Positions 1 to 13,089 of a DNA stretch of 64,000 nt are shown piece by piece. The notes below the pieces were generated by a model. That model saw only the letters and a list, made by a program, of their open reading frames with translations. It did no database searches and was not told the origin of the DNA. The translations under genes and the position numbers were made by a program. Origin of the DNA: Eledone cirrhosa (taxonomy: Eukaryota); assembly GCA_964016885.1 (NCBI GenBank), contig OZ024755.1, positions 25,420,001 through 25,484,000 on the forward strand. The letters run 5' to 3'. Position 1 is the first letter of the stretch, and each line of letters begins with the position of its first letter.

Positions 1-151
1 TGTGTTTATTATATATATGTGTCAATCTATTTCTAGTTGATATAAAATGCTCGGAACTATTCTTTGAGCTTATTCTGCAGTGAATATGGCGCATGTTCTC
101 AGACATGACAACCTTACCTTAATTTAATTTTGTATATATATATATATATAT

Positions 152-262
152 AACAAAGAAGGTGTGGTAAGATACCAGGAGGACCATAACGCACCAGAGT
201 ACTCGATACTTAGGGTGGGAAAGGCCGGAGCTCAGCCGTCGGGTCCTGACTCTTTTCCTACA
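152..262. mobile_element. Collapsed copy of fold-back family A (tail plus hammerhead 3' half)
   Basis: Shares GGACCATAACGCACCAGAGTACTCGATACTTAGG and GGCCGGAGCTCAGCCGTCGGG with 21122, 38121 and 52143; starts at (TA)n. Confidence 0.7.
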
Positions 263-264
263 TA

Positions 265-296
<32 letters not shown>

Positions 297-429
297 GAAT
301 ATAAAAGAAAAACGAACACAGATATATACATATAAAGAGACCATTTTGAGTTCCTAACTCAATATATACCATCGAGTATGGCCATTGCACGATATGACAT
401 TATTAATAATTATTAATTAATTCTATCGT

Positions 430-607
430 GCAATGCCTGTGCGTGAAGATATTTTTTAAAGTGAGGAAAGACTGTGCACTGAGCCAATCCCACTCTCTGA
501 GCAACAGTAGCTATAACCCGAAAAGAAGAAAAGATCAACATCATCGGTAACTACTGAACCGCAGGTTTTATATCGGAGTTATCCCAGTTTCTTGAGTTGC
601 TTTCTCC

Positions 608-639
<32 letters not shown>

Positions 640-1225
640 CATACATACATACATATACATGCATACATGTACATACATACATACATACATACATACATAC
701 ATACATACATACATACATACATACATACATACATACATACATGTATGTATGTACATACATACATACATACATACATACATACATACATACATACATACAT
801 ACATACATACATACATGGTGGCTGCCAACTCGTTTTCGAGTACGGCCACTACTTTATATCCATGTAGGAGAACCCCTACCGATGCGCTGAACGAGTGTGA
901 CTTTTTAGTCCAGCCAGCCACTTGAAAACTCTGGTACAAACACTACACTTCTGACAATTATTGACACATAGTGCTGGGCCCATGGTACCATGTGATGACA
1001 AGTGCAGAGAGATCTCCAGATATAAAGCAATGCCTGTGCCGTGAATCTTTTATAGTGAGCAAAGGCACTGCACAAAGCCAGTCCCACTCTCTTAACCAAG
1101 ATGATATTTACCAAAAAGAAGAACAAGTCAACATCATTGGATACCATCAGGGTTGCAGGTGTTATATCAGAGTTTTCCTTCTCCTAGAATTCTGCCTTGA
1201 CAAAGGCTAAGGGGTCATCTCTCCC
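430..1225. repeat. Two diverged copies of a dispersed repeat (430-607 and 1028-1225) around a (TACA)n tract; possibly a LINE 5' region
   Basis: CAATGCCTGTG...CCCACTCTCT...AAAAGAAGAA...TCAACATCAT...TTATATC is shared by both copies. Confidence 0.5.
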
Positions 1226-1576
1226 GGTGATTTTGGATGGCCATTGACTCTTACGAGCTCCTTTGCCCTTTGACAGGTTTTGTTTTTAGTCCTGCAGGAT
1301 GTCCAAAGTCACCCTCCTCACCAAGAAACCTTGGTGGGAGTTGCCAGTTTAGTCGCCAACGATCCGACCATGAGACAGGTTGTACTGGGATACATGTTAC
1401 CAGTAGCACCAACTGGTGACCTGACATACATACATACATACATACATACATACATACATACATACATACATACATACATACATACATACATGTATATATG
1501 TATGTAAAAATTTAAGAGAAACAACAGTACAATGAAGAAATATATTGGTTTAACGTTTGATATAATAGGGGACGAG

Positions 1577-1612
1577 TCTGTACGTTTCTGACAGTAGTCT
1601 TTCATCAGAAGA
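1577..1612 (-). ncRNA. Minimal type I hammerhead ribozyme (one stem I mismatch)
   Basis: Minus strand: TCTT CTGATGA AA GAC-TACT-GTC A GAAA CG TA CAGA; related to the element at 20300-20425. Confidence 0.55.
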
Positions 1613-2199
1613 TAGAAAAATAGATAGAAAGAATAAGAACAGGAAGAAGAAAAGATACAGAGAAGAGGAATAAATAGTAAAATAGTCATTGAGGATGTCA
1701 CATATTGTGTGACGAATGACGTTTGACAAAATAAGCAACAACTAATGATAATAAAGCTGAAGGGAACTTGAAATATTGCGTGATTTTATTAGTAAAATTG
1801 GCAAAATACTTATCATGCGACGATCGTATCTGATTCTACAGGTCACAGGCTCCTCAGACGAGTATAAACATAGTTACTCTTTTCTAAATTTCACTCAAGA
1901 TTCACTGACAACGTCGAGGCTATAGCAGAAACATTTGTCCCTGGTGCCACACAGTACGAGTGTAACCGAAAGCATTGAATGCTGGCCAAAGCTAAGCTGG
2001 ATTATGACACTTTCTGTGAACATGATCCGCTGATGTAATCTGTTTAAGTACAACATTTTTAAATTGTTTCCACCATTTCACGAATGAAACTTTCAAGAAG
2101 ATTAATATACTCTAAATATAGTAAAGCTAATTTTTTAAATAACTTAGACCGTGTTTGTGTATGAGTCGATATTTACACTACACTACACTACACACACAG

Positions 2200-2264
<65 letters not shown>

Positions 2265-2461
2265 ACATAAACAGAGAAAGCCTTAAGCGATACTCTGACC
2301 AATTCCATCTCACTCAACAAACATTAGGATATACCTAAGTATTTTCCCAATTTAGTATTTGGGGTGCTAACTAATCAGTATTACGTGGATAGCTGGTTGT
2401 ATTTATTTTATATAAGACAATATTAAATAAATATCTCTTATATATATATATATATATATAT

Positions 2462-2872
<411 letters not shown>

Positions 2873-3078
2873 GTTTACTTGAAGCATTGCGTAGTGAGCT
2901 AATTAGAATACTGAATTAACCCCTTTACTTCCCTCTGAAGAAGAGAAGAGATATTATCTCGAAATTTAAGGATATTCAAATAAATTTAAGGTAAAAGACT
3001 AATTGTCAGCGATATCTTTTGCCTTTGTATTTATATTCTATATCCAAACATGCATTGTTTTGGCCTTCTAACTCCAAA

Positions 3079-3137
<59 letters not shown>

Positions 3138-3416
3138 AAAGTATATATAAAGTTAAAAATACCTCAAGGAAAAAAATTTTCGGAGTCTTATAATATAATA
3201 TATAATAAAGAGAGAAAAACACATGATAGTTATCAGGATTCGGTTTGTATTTCTTAATTTATCCGTTTAATTGAATCTAGCAAACCGTATTATTTCTAAA
3301 TAGTATCTTCTTCACCCGGGCGGTTTAATGTCCCTTGTGATTTGAATGCACATATGTCTATATCTGTGTTTGTCTCTCTTTATTATTATTATTATTATTA
3401 TATATATATATTTATA

Positions 3417-3464
<48 letters not shown>

Positions 3465-3553
3465 TATATTATATATATATATCTATATATATATTATATA
3501 TGTATATATATTATATATATATTATATATGTATATATATTATATATATATATT

Positions 3554-3585
<32 letters not shown>

Positions 3586-3930
3586 TATATATATACATAC
3601 ATATATATACATTATTATTAGTTTTATCTTTATCGTGTGTCAACATTATTTTCCTGAGTACAGCACTGTGTGCCTTGGGTATGTGCAGTTTTGTCTTTGG
3701 TCTTGTTATGTTTTACTCTTTTGTGGGTACTCTTTGTAATATGGGAAAAAACACACTCACTGACCAACACAATAGGTGTAAATATATATTGATTTATTCT
3801 TCCATTGACTGCAGTCATTGAACTACGGCCATATTGTTTTTCAAGTCTGTTGCTTATTTTATCAGTAGCCTTATGTCGATCGGCTATTTTACGGGACATA
3901 AACAAACAATAAAGTCACGGAAACACACGA

Positions 3931-4015
<85 letters not shown>

Positions 4016-4151
4016 ACATGCTTTCGTACACTTTCTGTCTACTATATTTCCTTCACAAGACATTGATTAAACCGAGACTACAGCAGAAGAAACTTCACTA
4101 AGGTGCCATACATATATATATATATATATACATATATATATTTTAAAATGA

Positions 4152-4340
4152 TAATAATTGTTTCTACTTTTGGCACAAGGCCAGCAAATACCCAGTGCAT
4201 TACTGGAACTTTATTTTATCGACACCGTAAGGATGAAAGGCAAAGTTAACCTCGGCGGGATTTGAACTCAGAATGGCAAGGGCCGTAACTCTTTGCGTCA
4301 AAGGATGGCGTCCGACCCTCTACCGATACTACCAATCCAC
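4152..4340 (-). mobile_element. tRNA-derived SINE, family 1
   Basis: Reverse complement of GAGTTCAAATCCCGCCGAGGTTAACTTTGCCTTTCATCCTTACGG...GTAGAAACAATTATT; more than 12 copies in the window. Confidence 0.85.
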
Positions 4341-4469
4341 ATGGCAATAAAATAATTTATATGAAATACAATGCGATGATAATGAGAGAGTCTACTAAAT
4401 GAACTAATGACAATATTATTAGTTAAGGGAAATGGAAATAAGATAAGTTGGAAATAACAGCCATGAGCT

Positions 4470-4560
4470 CGGCTGATCTCGTTTGGGGATCCAGCCGGAT
4501 CAGTTGGAGACGGTTGCTTCTGACAGGAACCGGCTGTAAGGAGTTTTTGAGGATGAAGAA
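4470..4560 (+). mobile_element. RTE LINE 3' fragment
   Basis: GGATCCAGCCGGATCAGTTGGAGAC...TTCTGACAGGA matches the RTE copy at 9290-9335. Confidence 0.7.
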
Positions 4561-4897
4561 AGTAATAAGAGACCCGAGAGAAATGTTGAAATCTAGAAAA
4601 CGGAGAACCTAAAGCAAGGGACAGCTTAATCATGACTTTAAAGAGATGAAGGCCATATTCTACAGAGACATAGCATAGTGGACATTTTAAGTTTCATCCA
4701 CGTTAAAATACGAACCAGAGAAGAGGTCCATGGGATTCATTAAAAACTCACCATCAGCACAGAGCTGGCTACCCGCGGGAGTGAGCAACGCGAGCTGGAA
4801 TAGTTCTTCCATCGCATCTCCCTCACTAGCCACCGGGGAATCACCTTCTCTATTCTGTTCGCCGCGGAGTGGCCAATGCGTGGGCTCCTGTTTTTCA

Positions 4898-5410
4898 TAA
4901 TAATTGTTTCTTCTTTTGGCACAAGGCCAGCAATTACCCCCAGTGCATTACTGGTGCTTTATTTTATCGACCCAGTAAGGATGAAAGTCAAAGTTAACCT
5001 CAGCGGGATTTGGACTCAGAACGTAAAGGGCCATAACTCTATACTGCAAAGCATGGCGTCTGAAGCTCTACCGATATAATAATTGTTTCTACTTTTGGCA
5101 CAAGGCCAGCAATTACCCCAGTGCATTACTGGTGCTTTATTTTATCGACCCAGTAAGGATGAAAGTCAAAGTTAACCTCAGCGGGATTTGGACTCAGAAC
5201 GTAAAGGGCCATAACTCTATACTGCAAAGCATGGCGTCTGAAGCTCTACCGATATAATAATTGTTTCTACTTTTGGCACAAGGCCAGCAATTACCCCAGT
5301 GCATTACCGGTGCTTTATTTTATCAACCCCGAAAGGATAAAAGTCAAAGTATATCTAGGCGGCTTTTGAACCCAGAGCGTGGCGTCCGACCGTCTACCGA
5401 TACTGCCAGC
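4898..5410 (-). mobile_element. Head-to-tail trimer of SINE family 1 (179-bp period)
   Basis: Units start at about 4898, 5077 and 5256; the first two are almost identical, the third is diverged and deleted. Confidence 0.85.
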
Positions 5411-5690
5411 CAGAACCTGGTTTATATGTGTGTGTTTGAATGATTTATTTGTACAATTTTATAAAGTAATAACACTGTAAGTCTGTGCTCCAGTATGGCT
5501 GTACTCTAAATGAAACCCGTAAAAGAAAAGGTGAATGAACAGAGAAATGTATATGAAAAGAAAATATACATTCATTTATTGATAACATAATAGTACAGAT
5601 TGCATTACGTAGCCTCTCTACCTCACATTACACATACATACATATGCATATCTATAAATATATATATATAAATATATATACATATACATA

Positions 5691-5730
<40 letters not shown>

Positions 5731-5751
5731 CATATATATATATATATATAT

Positions 5752-5974
5752 CGTTTCTGAATTTGTTTAGCAAGATTATTTATCTGAAAACGTGTGTTGA
5801 AACCGATATTGTTATGCTTTGGGAGGGTCATGTTGCCAATAAGAAACACACGCACCAGTTACTTTCACTCCAATTTCTTATAAATTAAATTTATAAATTT
5901 AATTTATAATAAATTTGGAGTGAAAGCAACTGGTGCGTGTGTTTCTTATTGGCAACATGACCCTCCCAAAGCAT

Positions 5975-5982
<8 letters not shown>
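5752..5982. mobile_element. TA-flanked fold-back element
   Basis: Near-perfect palindrome 5806-5982 (axis about 5894) plus a unique tail 5752-5805. Confidence 0.8.
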
Positions 5983-6009
<27 letters not shown>

Positions 6010-6053
6010 GGGATATATAAGCATACATACACACGAACATATATATGCACTTG

Positions 6054-6102
<49 letters not shown>

Positions 6103-6146
6103 ACACACACACATATACAAATATATACAAATATATATATATATAT

Positions 6147-6377
6147 ATATTAAAATATAAATATTAATAAAATAGATGTTCTTTTGATCAATTACATTTT
6201 ATTATACATATTATGTGCGAAATATGTATAATAAAATGTAATTGATCAAAAGAACATCTATTTTATTAATATTTATATTTTAATATTAATAACTCCGGAA
6301 CATTTTTTTTTACGTAGAGTGCTTTCAATCTACTGTAAAACTCATTCTTTGATATAATCATTGAATATCGTTTAACA

Positions 6378-6382
<5 letters not shown>
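6147..6382. mobile_element. TA-flanked fold-back element with apex at a hammerhead-like GAAA
   Basis: Palindrome 6147-6286, loop 6213-6220; reads GC GAAA TATG TA; tail 6287-6382. Confidence 0.8.
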
Positions 6383-6427
<45 letters not shown>

Positions 6428-7647
6428 CCTGTGTAATCTCCACTTATTGTGTATTATAATAATTTTAAGATTAGTTCAGTGACCAAGAAAAACACTATTG
6501 TAAATACTTGTGGTCGGGACCATAAAATGTCAACCAAGAAGGTTTAGTACATGACTGTTGCCACTTTGTTTATAGTTGTGACCTTGATAGTGGTGGTGGT
6601 AGTGGTGATGGTATTGGTGGTGATTGATGATGGTTGTGGTGGTGGTGACGATCATGATTGATCATGATGACCATGGTGCTGTTGTTGCTGATGATTGTGA
6701 TGGTGATGATGGTGGTGGTGGTGATAGTAGTGAAGGTGGTGGTGGTGGTGGTGACGATCATGATTGATTATGATGATGATGGTGATGACTTTCTACGAGA
6801 TCATTAATTTTACGAAAGAAGTCAATTGGCTTCAAAGAAGCTGTTGAAGCAGAAAAAGAGAAAATCGAAAAATGAAAGGACCTCAGTCGGTTTCGATGAT
6901 GAGTGTTCCAACTTTTCAATCAACGAGATAATCTACTCATACGGTTACCATGCAAATCGCTGAACATTCAGCAAAAAAGTGTATCCTTCACGTAATTCTC
7001 AAGGAAATTCAGCGTGACAGATTTTGTGACAAATCTGACATTAAGAATTACAGTCCATCCGACGGGCAGTTTCAGTCTACTTAATATGTCTCACAAAGGT
7101 TTGAGTTGACTTTAACTTCTTGTAAATGACAACTGCATAAGTTACCTCTCTGTAAAATCGAACATCGGATCTTATGATTGCGAAGCAAAATCCCTAACCA
7201 TTTAAACATGCTGTGTCCACAATCTTAGAATTAATGTATGGGTAAATCTACCTCTTTAACAACAGCAGCATCTGTCGGCTGGGATCGAGTGCCATTTTTT
7301 TTTTAAATAAAAATAAAAAGCGGATATCCTATTTCTAGAAAGCTCGACCTCCTACCAACACTAGCACCACCTCTATCTCAACCACTTATTAAACGGAGTG
7401 GATCTTTAAAAAAAGAAATCCGTAGCCATATTGTTTCATAAAGATAATTTTATCTTTTGTTGGCACCAAGATACATTTTACAAAATCAAAATGATTTTCC
7501 AACCTGTGTAAAGTGAGAAAACGTAACTCTTATGTTTCGTAGGTGAGAAAGGTGAACAAATCTTGATCTCAATTTGGCTGCGAGTCAAAACTTCTGCAAA
7601 TTGTTTTTATAATAAGACAAGAATATGATGATGATGCATGTAATGAG

Positions 7648-7726
<79 letters not shown>

Positions 7727-8029
7727 TGTGTGTGTGTGTTATTATTAATCTCATTACATTGTATATCTATCTATCTCTCTCTCTCTATATATATATATAT
7801 GAATATAAAATTGCAAGTTTGAAGAACAGTCAGATAAAATATACCCAATCTTTCTTCATCCTAGTCCGTAGAAATCAATTAGATAAATAATCATTTAAAC
7901 GGAGTTAAGTTTAAAATGTAACTTCGAAGAGATAATAATGATACAGATTATTCCCCGCGAGGAACAGTCAGATAACATTTACCAACTCTTTCTTTTTAGC
8001 CCGTATATTAATATACACGTGTGTGTATA

Positions 8030-8076
<47 letters not shown>

Positions 8077-8080
<4 letters not shown>

Positions 8081-8167
8081 AAGAAGAGAAATAGGACGAA
8101 GGTAAACAGTTACAAAAGAATTTAATACACAACTTGTTCTACCAAGCTTTGGAATACTCCTAATAAC

Positions 8168-8172
<5 letters not shown>
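8077..8172. mobile_element. Internally deleted inverted copy of the element at 12073-12264
   Basis: Both ends match 12073-12105 and 12218-12264 in reverse; flanked by (TA)n. Confidence 0.85.
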
Positions 8173-8221
<49 letters not shown>

Positions 8222-8626
8222 CTGTTAACCAAATCTACGTTAACAAAGGTTACACATATATATGTGTATGTATGCATTTGTGTTTGCATGTGTGTGAATG
8301 TGTGTGTGCTTAGGTCATAATATGAATGCTCACATACATGTGTAGTATTTCATATACATATATTTAAGCCATTGAGATATGTGAGCCATTGAGGTAAATC
8401 TATTGATACTGCATACATCTGGATAAAAGACTTCAGAACGATTTGTTATTAAGTCATTAGGTTATTTCCTTCGGCTCACATAACTTTGAGTTCACATCCC
8501 TTCTCTTTCTACTAGGAATTGCGATTGACAGATAGTATCCGCAATGGAAAGATCATTGGAAATAGTGTTTCTTTGCTCCGATCTAATGACCGTCTGTTTT
8601 CATTTTTCCTTTCCTTATAAAACTGA

Positions 8627-8785
8627 GGGCGGCGAATTGGTAGAGTCGTTAGACCGTCGAATAGAATGCATTATGGTATTCGTCCGGCTCTGCTCTCTGA
8701 GTTCAATCCCCTCCAAGGTCAACTTTGCCTTTCATCCTTTTGAGATCGATAAAAAAAAGTACCAGTCCAGTACTGGGTCAATTCT
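8627..8785 (+). mobile_element. SINE family 1 (diverged)
   Basis: GAGTTCAATCCC...GGTCAACTTTGCCTTTCATCC...AAGTACCAG. Confidence 0.75.
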
Positions 8786-9009
8786 TCCTCTATATGTCTT
8801 TCTCATTTCACCGCTCTGTCCTCTACTTGGTCGATGAGGTAGCAACATATATCTGATGAAAATTAATAATGGTACTCCGATATAGCGACATACATATCAA
8901 TGTACGTATTGTATATTGAATAAGATACGGGATGTTTATAAAAGACATCTGAGTGCCTTTCGATATAAATCTTAAGGTTCACAGCCTTAAAATTCACAGC
9001 GAAATGCCT

Positions 9010-9408
9010 TGAATGCAAGCGGCCGAAATCGGATTCCTCCAAGGGGTCTTTGGAGTGACGTTACTCGATAAAGTGCATAGCTAGGATATCAGGAAGCCAC
9101 TGCGGGTAGAGCCGCTACTTCTCCAAATTGAGAGATCACAACTCCGATACTATGGGCATGTGGTTAGAATGTCTCAGGATAGAAGCGCTGGACAGATTTC
9201 ACGGGTGAAACCCACAGGTAGGAGACCCAGGGGTAGACCCCGGGTAAGATGGTGGGATAACATCCATGAACTTGGGTGATCACGCTTGAGGATCCAGCCG
9301 GATCAGTTGGAGACAGTTGCTTCTGACAGGACCCACTGGAAGGAATGTTTGAGGACTCTTCCTACCAACACCACGAGCCTCTCAGGAATAAGTGGGCGAA
9401 GAAGAAGA
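9010..9408 (+). pseudogene. RTE-clade LINE reverse transcriptase C-terminal fragment
   Basis: Translates MQAAEIGFLQGVFGVTLLDKVHS*DIRKPLRVEPLLLQIERSQLRYYGHVVRM...GRRPRGRPRVRWWDNI; ends in (GAA)n. Confidence 0.85.
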
Positions 9409-9895
9409 TCCCGTATATTATTCAATATGCAGTACGTACATTTATATATCTGATATTTTACAAAAGATATGACATGGTAAAGGTAGACTGGTTCTTCCAG
9501 TGTAGATCCCTCGCTACCCAAAATTCTGTCCACTATTGAAATACATGAAAGAGGAGAATAATAAAATATTGCCTAAATGACAGGATATTTAACGAATCAA
9601 ACTAATTAATCCAGCGAGACCTTCACCAAATTCCTAACTTTTTAATCTCTTTATAAGCTTATCAAAATATCTAGTCAATCACTGCTATGCTACTCACCTC
9701 CTCCCTCCACTTAATCCATTTGGGTGAGAAGAGAGAGAAAACACTTTCTTATATTAATATATCTCACCTATAATCATACTAAATGTGCTCTGAGTTTAAA
9801 TCCTCCACCCCACCGAGATCAACTTTGCCTTTCATCATTTCAAGGAGGGGTAAATAAAGTAAGTACTGGGGTCTTTTATTCCTCTCTCTCTCTCT

Positions 9896-9960
<65 letters not shown>

Positions 9961-9962
<2 letters not shown>

Positions 9963-10150
9963 GTTATTCCGGGTTGAATCGGAGGTAACCACAGTAAGTA
10001 AGGTACTCAATACATAGCAGAGTATAATAGTTTTAATATAGATGAGATTCTACAGGACTAGAACTGTTTCATTCATTAGAAATCATCAGGAATCTCTGAG
10101 ATTCCTGATGATTTCTAATGAATGAAACAGTTCTAGTCCTGTAGAATCTC

Positions 10151-10152
<2 letters not shown>
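9961..10152. mobile_element. TA-flanked fold-back element with two back-to-back hammerheads
   Basis: Palindrome 10042-10152 with a 1-nt centre at 10097; tail 9961-10041. Confidence 0.85.
10098..10150 (+). ncRNA. Type I hammerhead ribozyme (mirror copy at 10044-10096, minus strand)
   Basis: GAGATTC CTGATGA TTTC-TAAT-GAAT GAAA CAG-TTCTAGTC-CTG TA GAATCTC: 7-bp stem I, 3-bp stem III, GUA site. Confidence 0.8.
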
Positions 10153-10187
<35 letters not shown>

Positions 10188-10193
<6 letters not shown>

Positions 10194-10541
10194 GTGAGGT
10201 TTTTTTTACAAAATGAAAAATAACCGAGGTGTCCTACACGAGTGGAAGTATAAAGAAAAAGGGATGAAATCGAAAATGCAACTGAAGTCTTATTTTTTTT
10301 TAAAATATATATATTTATTTGGTTCCTTTACCGGTTTCGCAGTTCTTCTGCTTTTCAAAAGGTGAGTTGAGATGGAGGGTCTGTGGTTTTTCTCACATCT
10401 GTGAGAAAAACCACAGACCCTCCATCTCAACTCACCTTTTGAAAAGCAGAAGAACTGCGAAACCGGTAAAGGAACCAAATAAATATATATATTTTTAAAA
10501 AAAATAAGACTTCAGTTGCATTTTCGATTTCATCCCTTTTT

Positions 10542-10548
<7 letters not shown>
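10188..10548. mobile_element. TA-flanked fold-back element with variant hammerheads
   Basis: Palindrome 10249-10548, 2-nt loop 10398-10399; tail 10188-10248. Confidence 0.85.
10435..10472 (+). ncRNA. Type I hammerhead with U3-A8 core variant (mirror copy at 10325-10362, minus strand)
   Basis: CCTT TTGAAAA GCAG-AAGAA-CTGC GAAA CCGG TA AAGG. Confidence 0.7.
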
Positions 10549-10613
<65 letters not shown>

Positions 10614-10811
10614 ATAAAATAGAAGTAGCGGGGAACTATTTCGACCAAAGTCGTCCCATGGACTGAGTGCTCTACTACTACGGATATAACTTTCCAGTGT
10701 TCTACTATTATATATAAAATATTTATATATATATATAAATATCTATATCTATATATGTAGCTAGCTATCTGCCTTTCTATTTATAGCCCTCCCATTATCT
10801 ATATATCATCC

Positions 10812-10859
<48 letters not shown>

Positions 10860-10861
<2 letters not shown>

Positions 10862-11580
10862 GAATAGGGGTCTCTAGACAGGGTAGCGCCTTTGATGGCT
10901 GGCCCGCTGCACCTTCGGGTGGACGAGAATCACTGGTCCTCATTCATTCTCTAAATCTCTCACATCTGGCTCCAAGCACCATTCCCCGGTAAACTGCTCC
11001 TACTGGCGGGCTAAACCACGTGAAGGTGGTGTTAATGCGGTACCACTTGGTGAAGGACCTTCTGACGCAGGGCACCATCCGAGACAAGTGAGCTTTCAGA
11101 TTCACTACAAAGACTACGTATTCGCGACCTGTGCAACTCCCCTAGTTAGAAGAAATCGATCGTGGTTAAGCGCAGAGAGGGCTGGGTGTCACCAGGCTCA
11201 CAACTCTCAAGACACACTGCATGATGTAAAAAAAAAAGTGAAGAAGTCACCAACACCAATACCAGCATTGTTGTACATCAGGTCGGAGGTGTGAAATATG
11301 CTACCGGTGAAATCTCGTCGAAAAAGATCCACATGAGGGAGAACCTCAGATTTGCTACATGGAACTTGCTCAAGATGGCAAACTGCAGGAACTCACACAT
11401 AATCTAGAGAGATATAACTAGCGCATCATGAAACTCAGTGTCAAATGGAAAAATTCCGGTGAATAATTTACCGATGAGGGACATTAATTTACTACTGTGG
11501 AAAACTCGGCAAACATTGCATGGCGCAGGTTTTCTCGTCAACAAAGGCATTTGAAGAGCTGCAAATGCTGCAGCAATGTC
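10860..11580 (+). pseudogene. RTE-clade LINE 5' UTR plus decayed APE endonuclease N-terminus
   Basis: From 11333: MRENLRFATWN../LAQDGKLQELTHNLERYN*RIMKLS..VKWKNSGE...AGFLVNK, with frameshifts. Confidence 0.75.
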
Positions 11581-11952
11581 TCATTTCTTGATTTGTTCCA
11601 TTACCACTTGTTTATTATGAATATTCAAATTCCGCTTCAATCCTTCACATGACTGGAAGGTTCTTTGAAAAATATGGCATTGAAACTGATCATCCGGTTT
11701 GAAATTCCAATAGTTCACGCGAGCCTTACCCGCATGGGAACGCTGAGACCAGCGTGGAATATACATATTTTTGTACATAATGAACATTTAAAGAAACAAC
11801 GAGAAAAGCACCCAACGCTATCGCTATTAATCTCATTTTTACGAACATTTCGTTTCGAAATGCTTAACTCTGCAAAGCTCAAAATATTTAACACTGCTCT
11901 AAATCGTAGTTCACCATGTTTCCCTGTCTTCCGCAAGTTAGTCGGACTTATG

Positions 11953-12005
<53 letters not shown>

Positions 12006-12072
12006 TGTACCGATTGTGTTGTTATTTCTGTTTATCTTTTACTTTACATACATACATATATATATATATATT

Positions 12073-12261
12073 TCAGTTATTAGGAGTATTCCAAAGCTTG
12101 GTAGAACAAGTTGTGAGGAAAGTTCTCAACATATGTTAAGGTGACTCGACAGGTTGGTAGGGATTCTGTAGCAATAATGGACTGAAATTCTGATGAAACA
12201 ATTGTTAATACGTGGATTAAATTCTTTTGTAACTGTTTACCTTCGTCCTATTTCTCTTCTT

Positions 12262-12264
<3 letters not shown>
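12073..12264. mobile_element. TA-flanked element: tail plus hammerhead 3' half
   Basis: GTGACTCGAC tail motif; GAAA CAATTG TT (palindromic stem III) at about 12195. Confidence 0.65.
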
Positions 12265-12330
<66 letters not shown>

Positions 12331-12437
12331 CATATATTTTACCCCATAAAAATTGTATTAATTAAAGATAGCACTAATATCTATAAAGTACTCATTTAAA
12401 CTTAGTCTCCTAATTTTTGAACCAAGAAAAATATCCA

Positions 12438-12511
<74 letters not shown>

Positions 12512-12586
12512 ATATGTGTGTGTGTGTGTGTGTGTGTGCGTAAGAGTGCTTGCACATACTACAACCCACACACATTCATTTGTGGT

Positions 12587-12661
<75 letters not shown>

Positions 12662-13089
12662 TGTTTGTATACATGTATACATGTTTATATATATATATAT
12701 ATAAATGTTTGTATATGTATATTCAATTAGTATCTGAAATTCTTAAATAACTCTAGTAGAAATGTTTGGTGAATTCCAGCCAAAAATTCATGTTCTTTAA
12801 TATTTTCGTTTATCAAGTTACAGATTAAATAGGAACGAACAGCCGAATATCCGTAAAACCCTTCAGTTCAGTGTGCTTTTCTGTGTGTTGAGCTCAGGTT
12901 CTATGTCTGTGTCTGTGATCTGACTGTATGTCTGTGTTATATCACGGCGTGTGTATGTTTGTGTTGCTCTCATTGCCTATGTGTAATGTGTCTGTTCTGA
13001 TCTCACTCAGTATTGACCTCACCGTGTATGTATATGTGTACGGGTTCCACTGTGTACGAATGTGTGTACTTATCTTACCATTTATATAT

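Noticed and set aside
2932-2992. Degenerate hammerhead-like cores (also about 3286-3320 minus, 28951-28985, 52436-52515 minus)
   Set aside because: Core or stem I is broken; plausible relics but not supportable individually.
6758-6840. Possible minus-strand exon SLKPIDFFRKINDLVESHHHHHHNQS* after a good polypyrimidine/CAG acceptor
   Set aside because: Short, runs into a CAT repeat, no recognisable homology.
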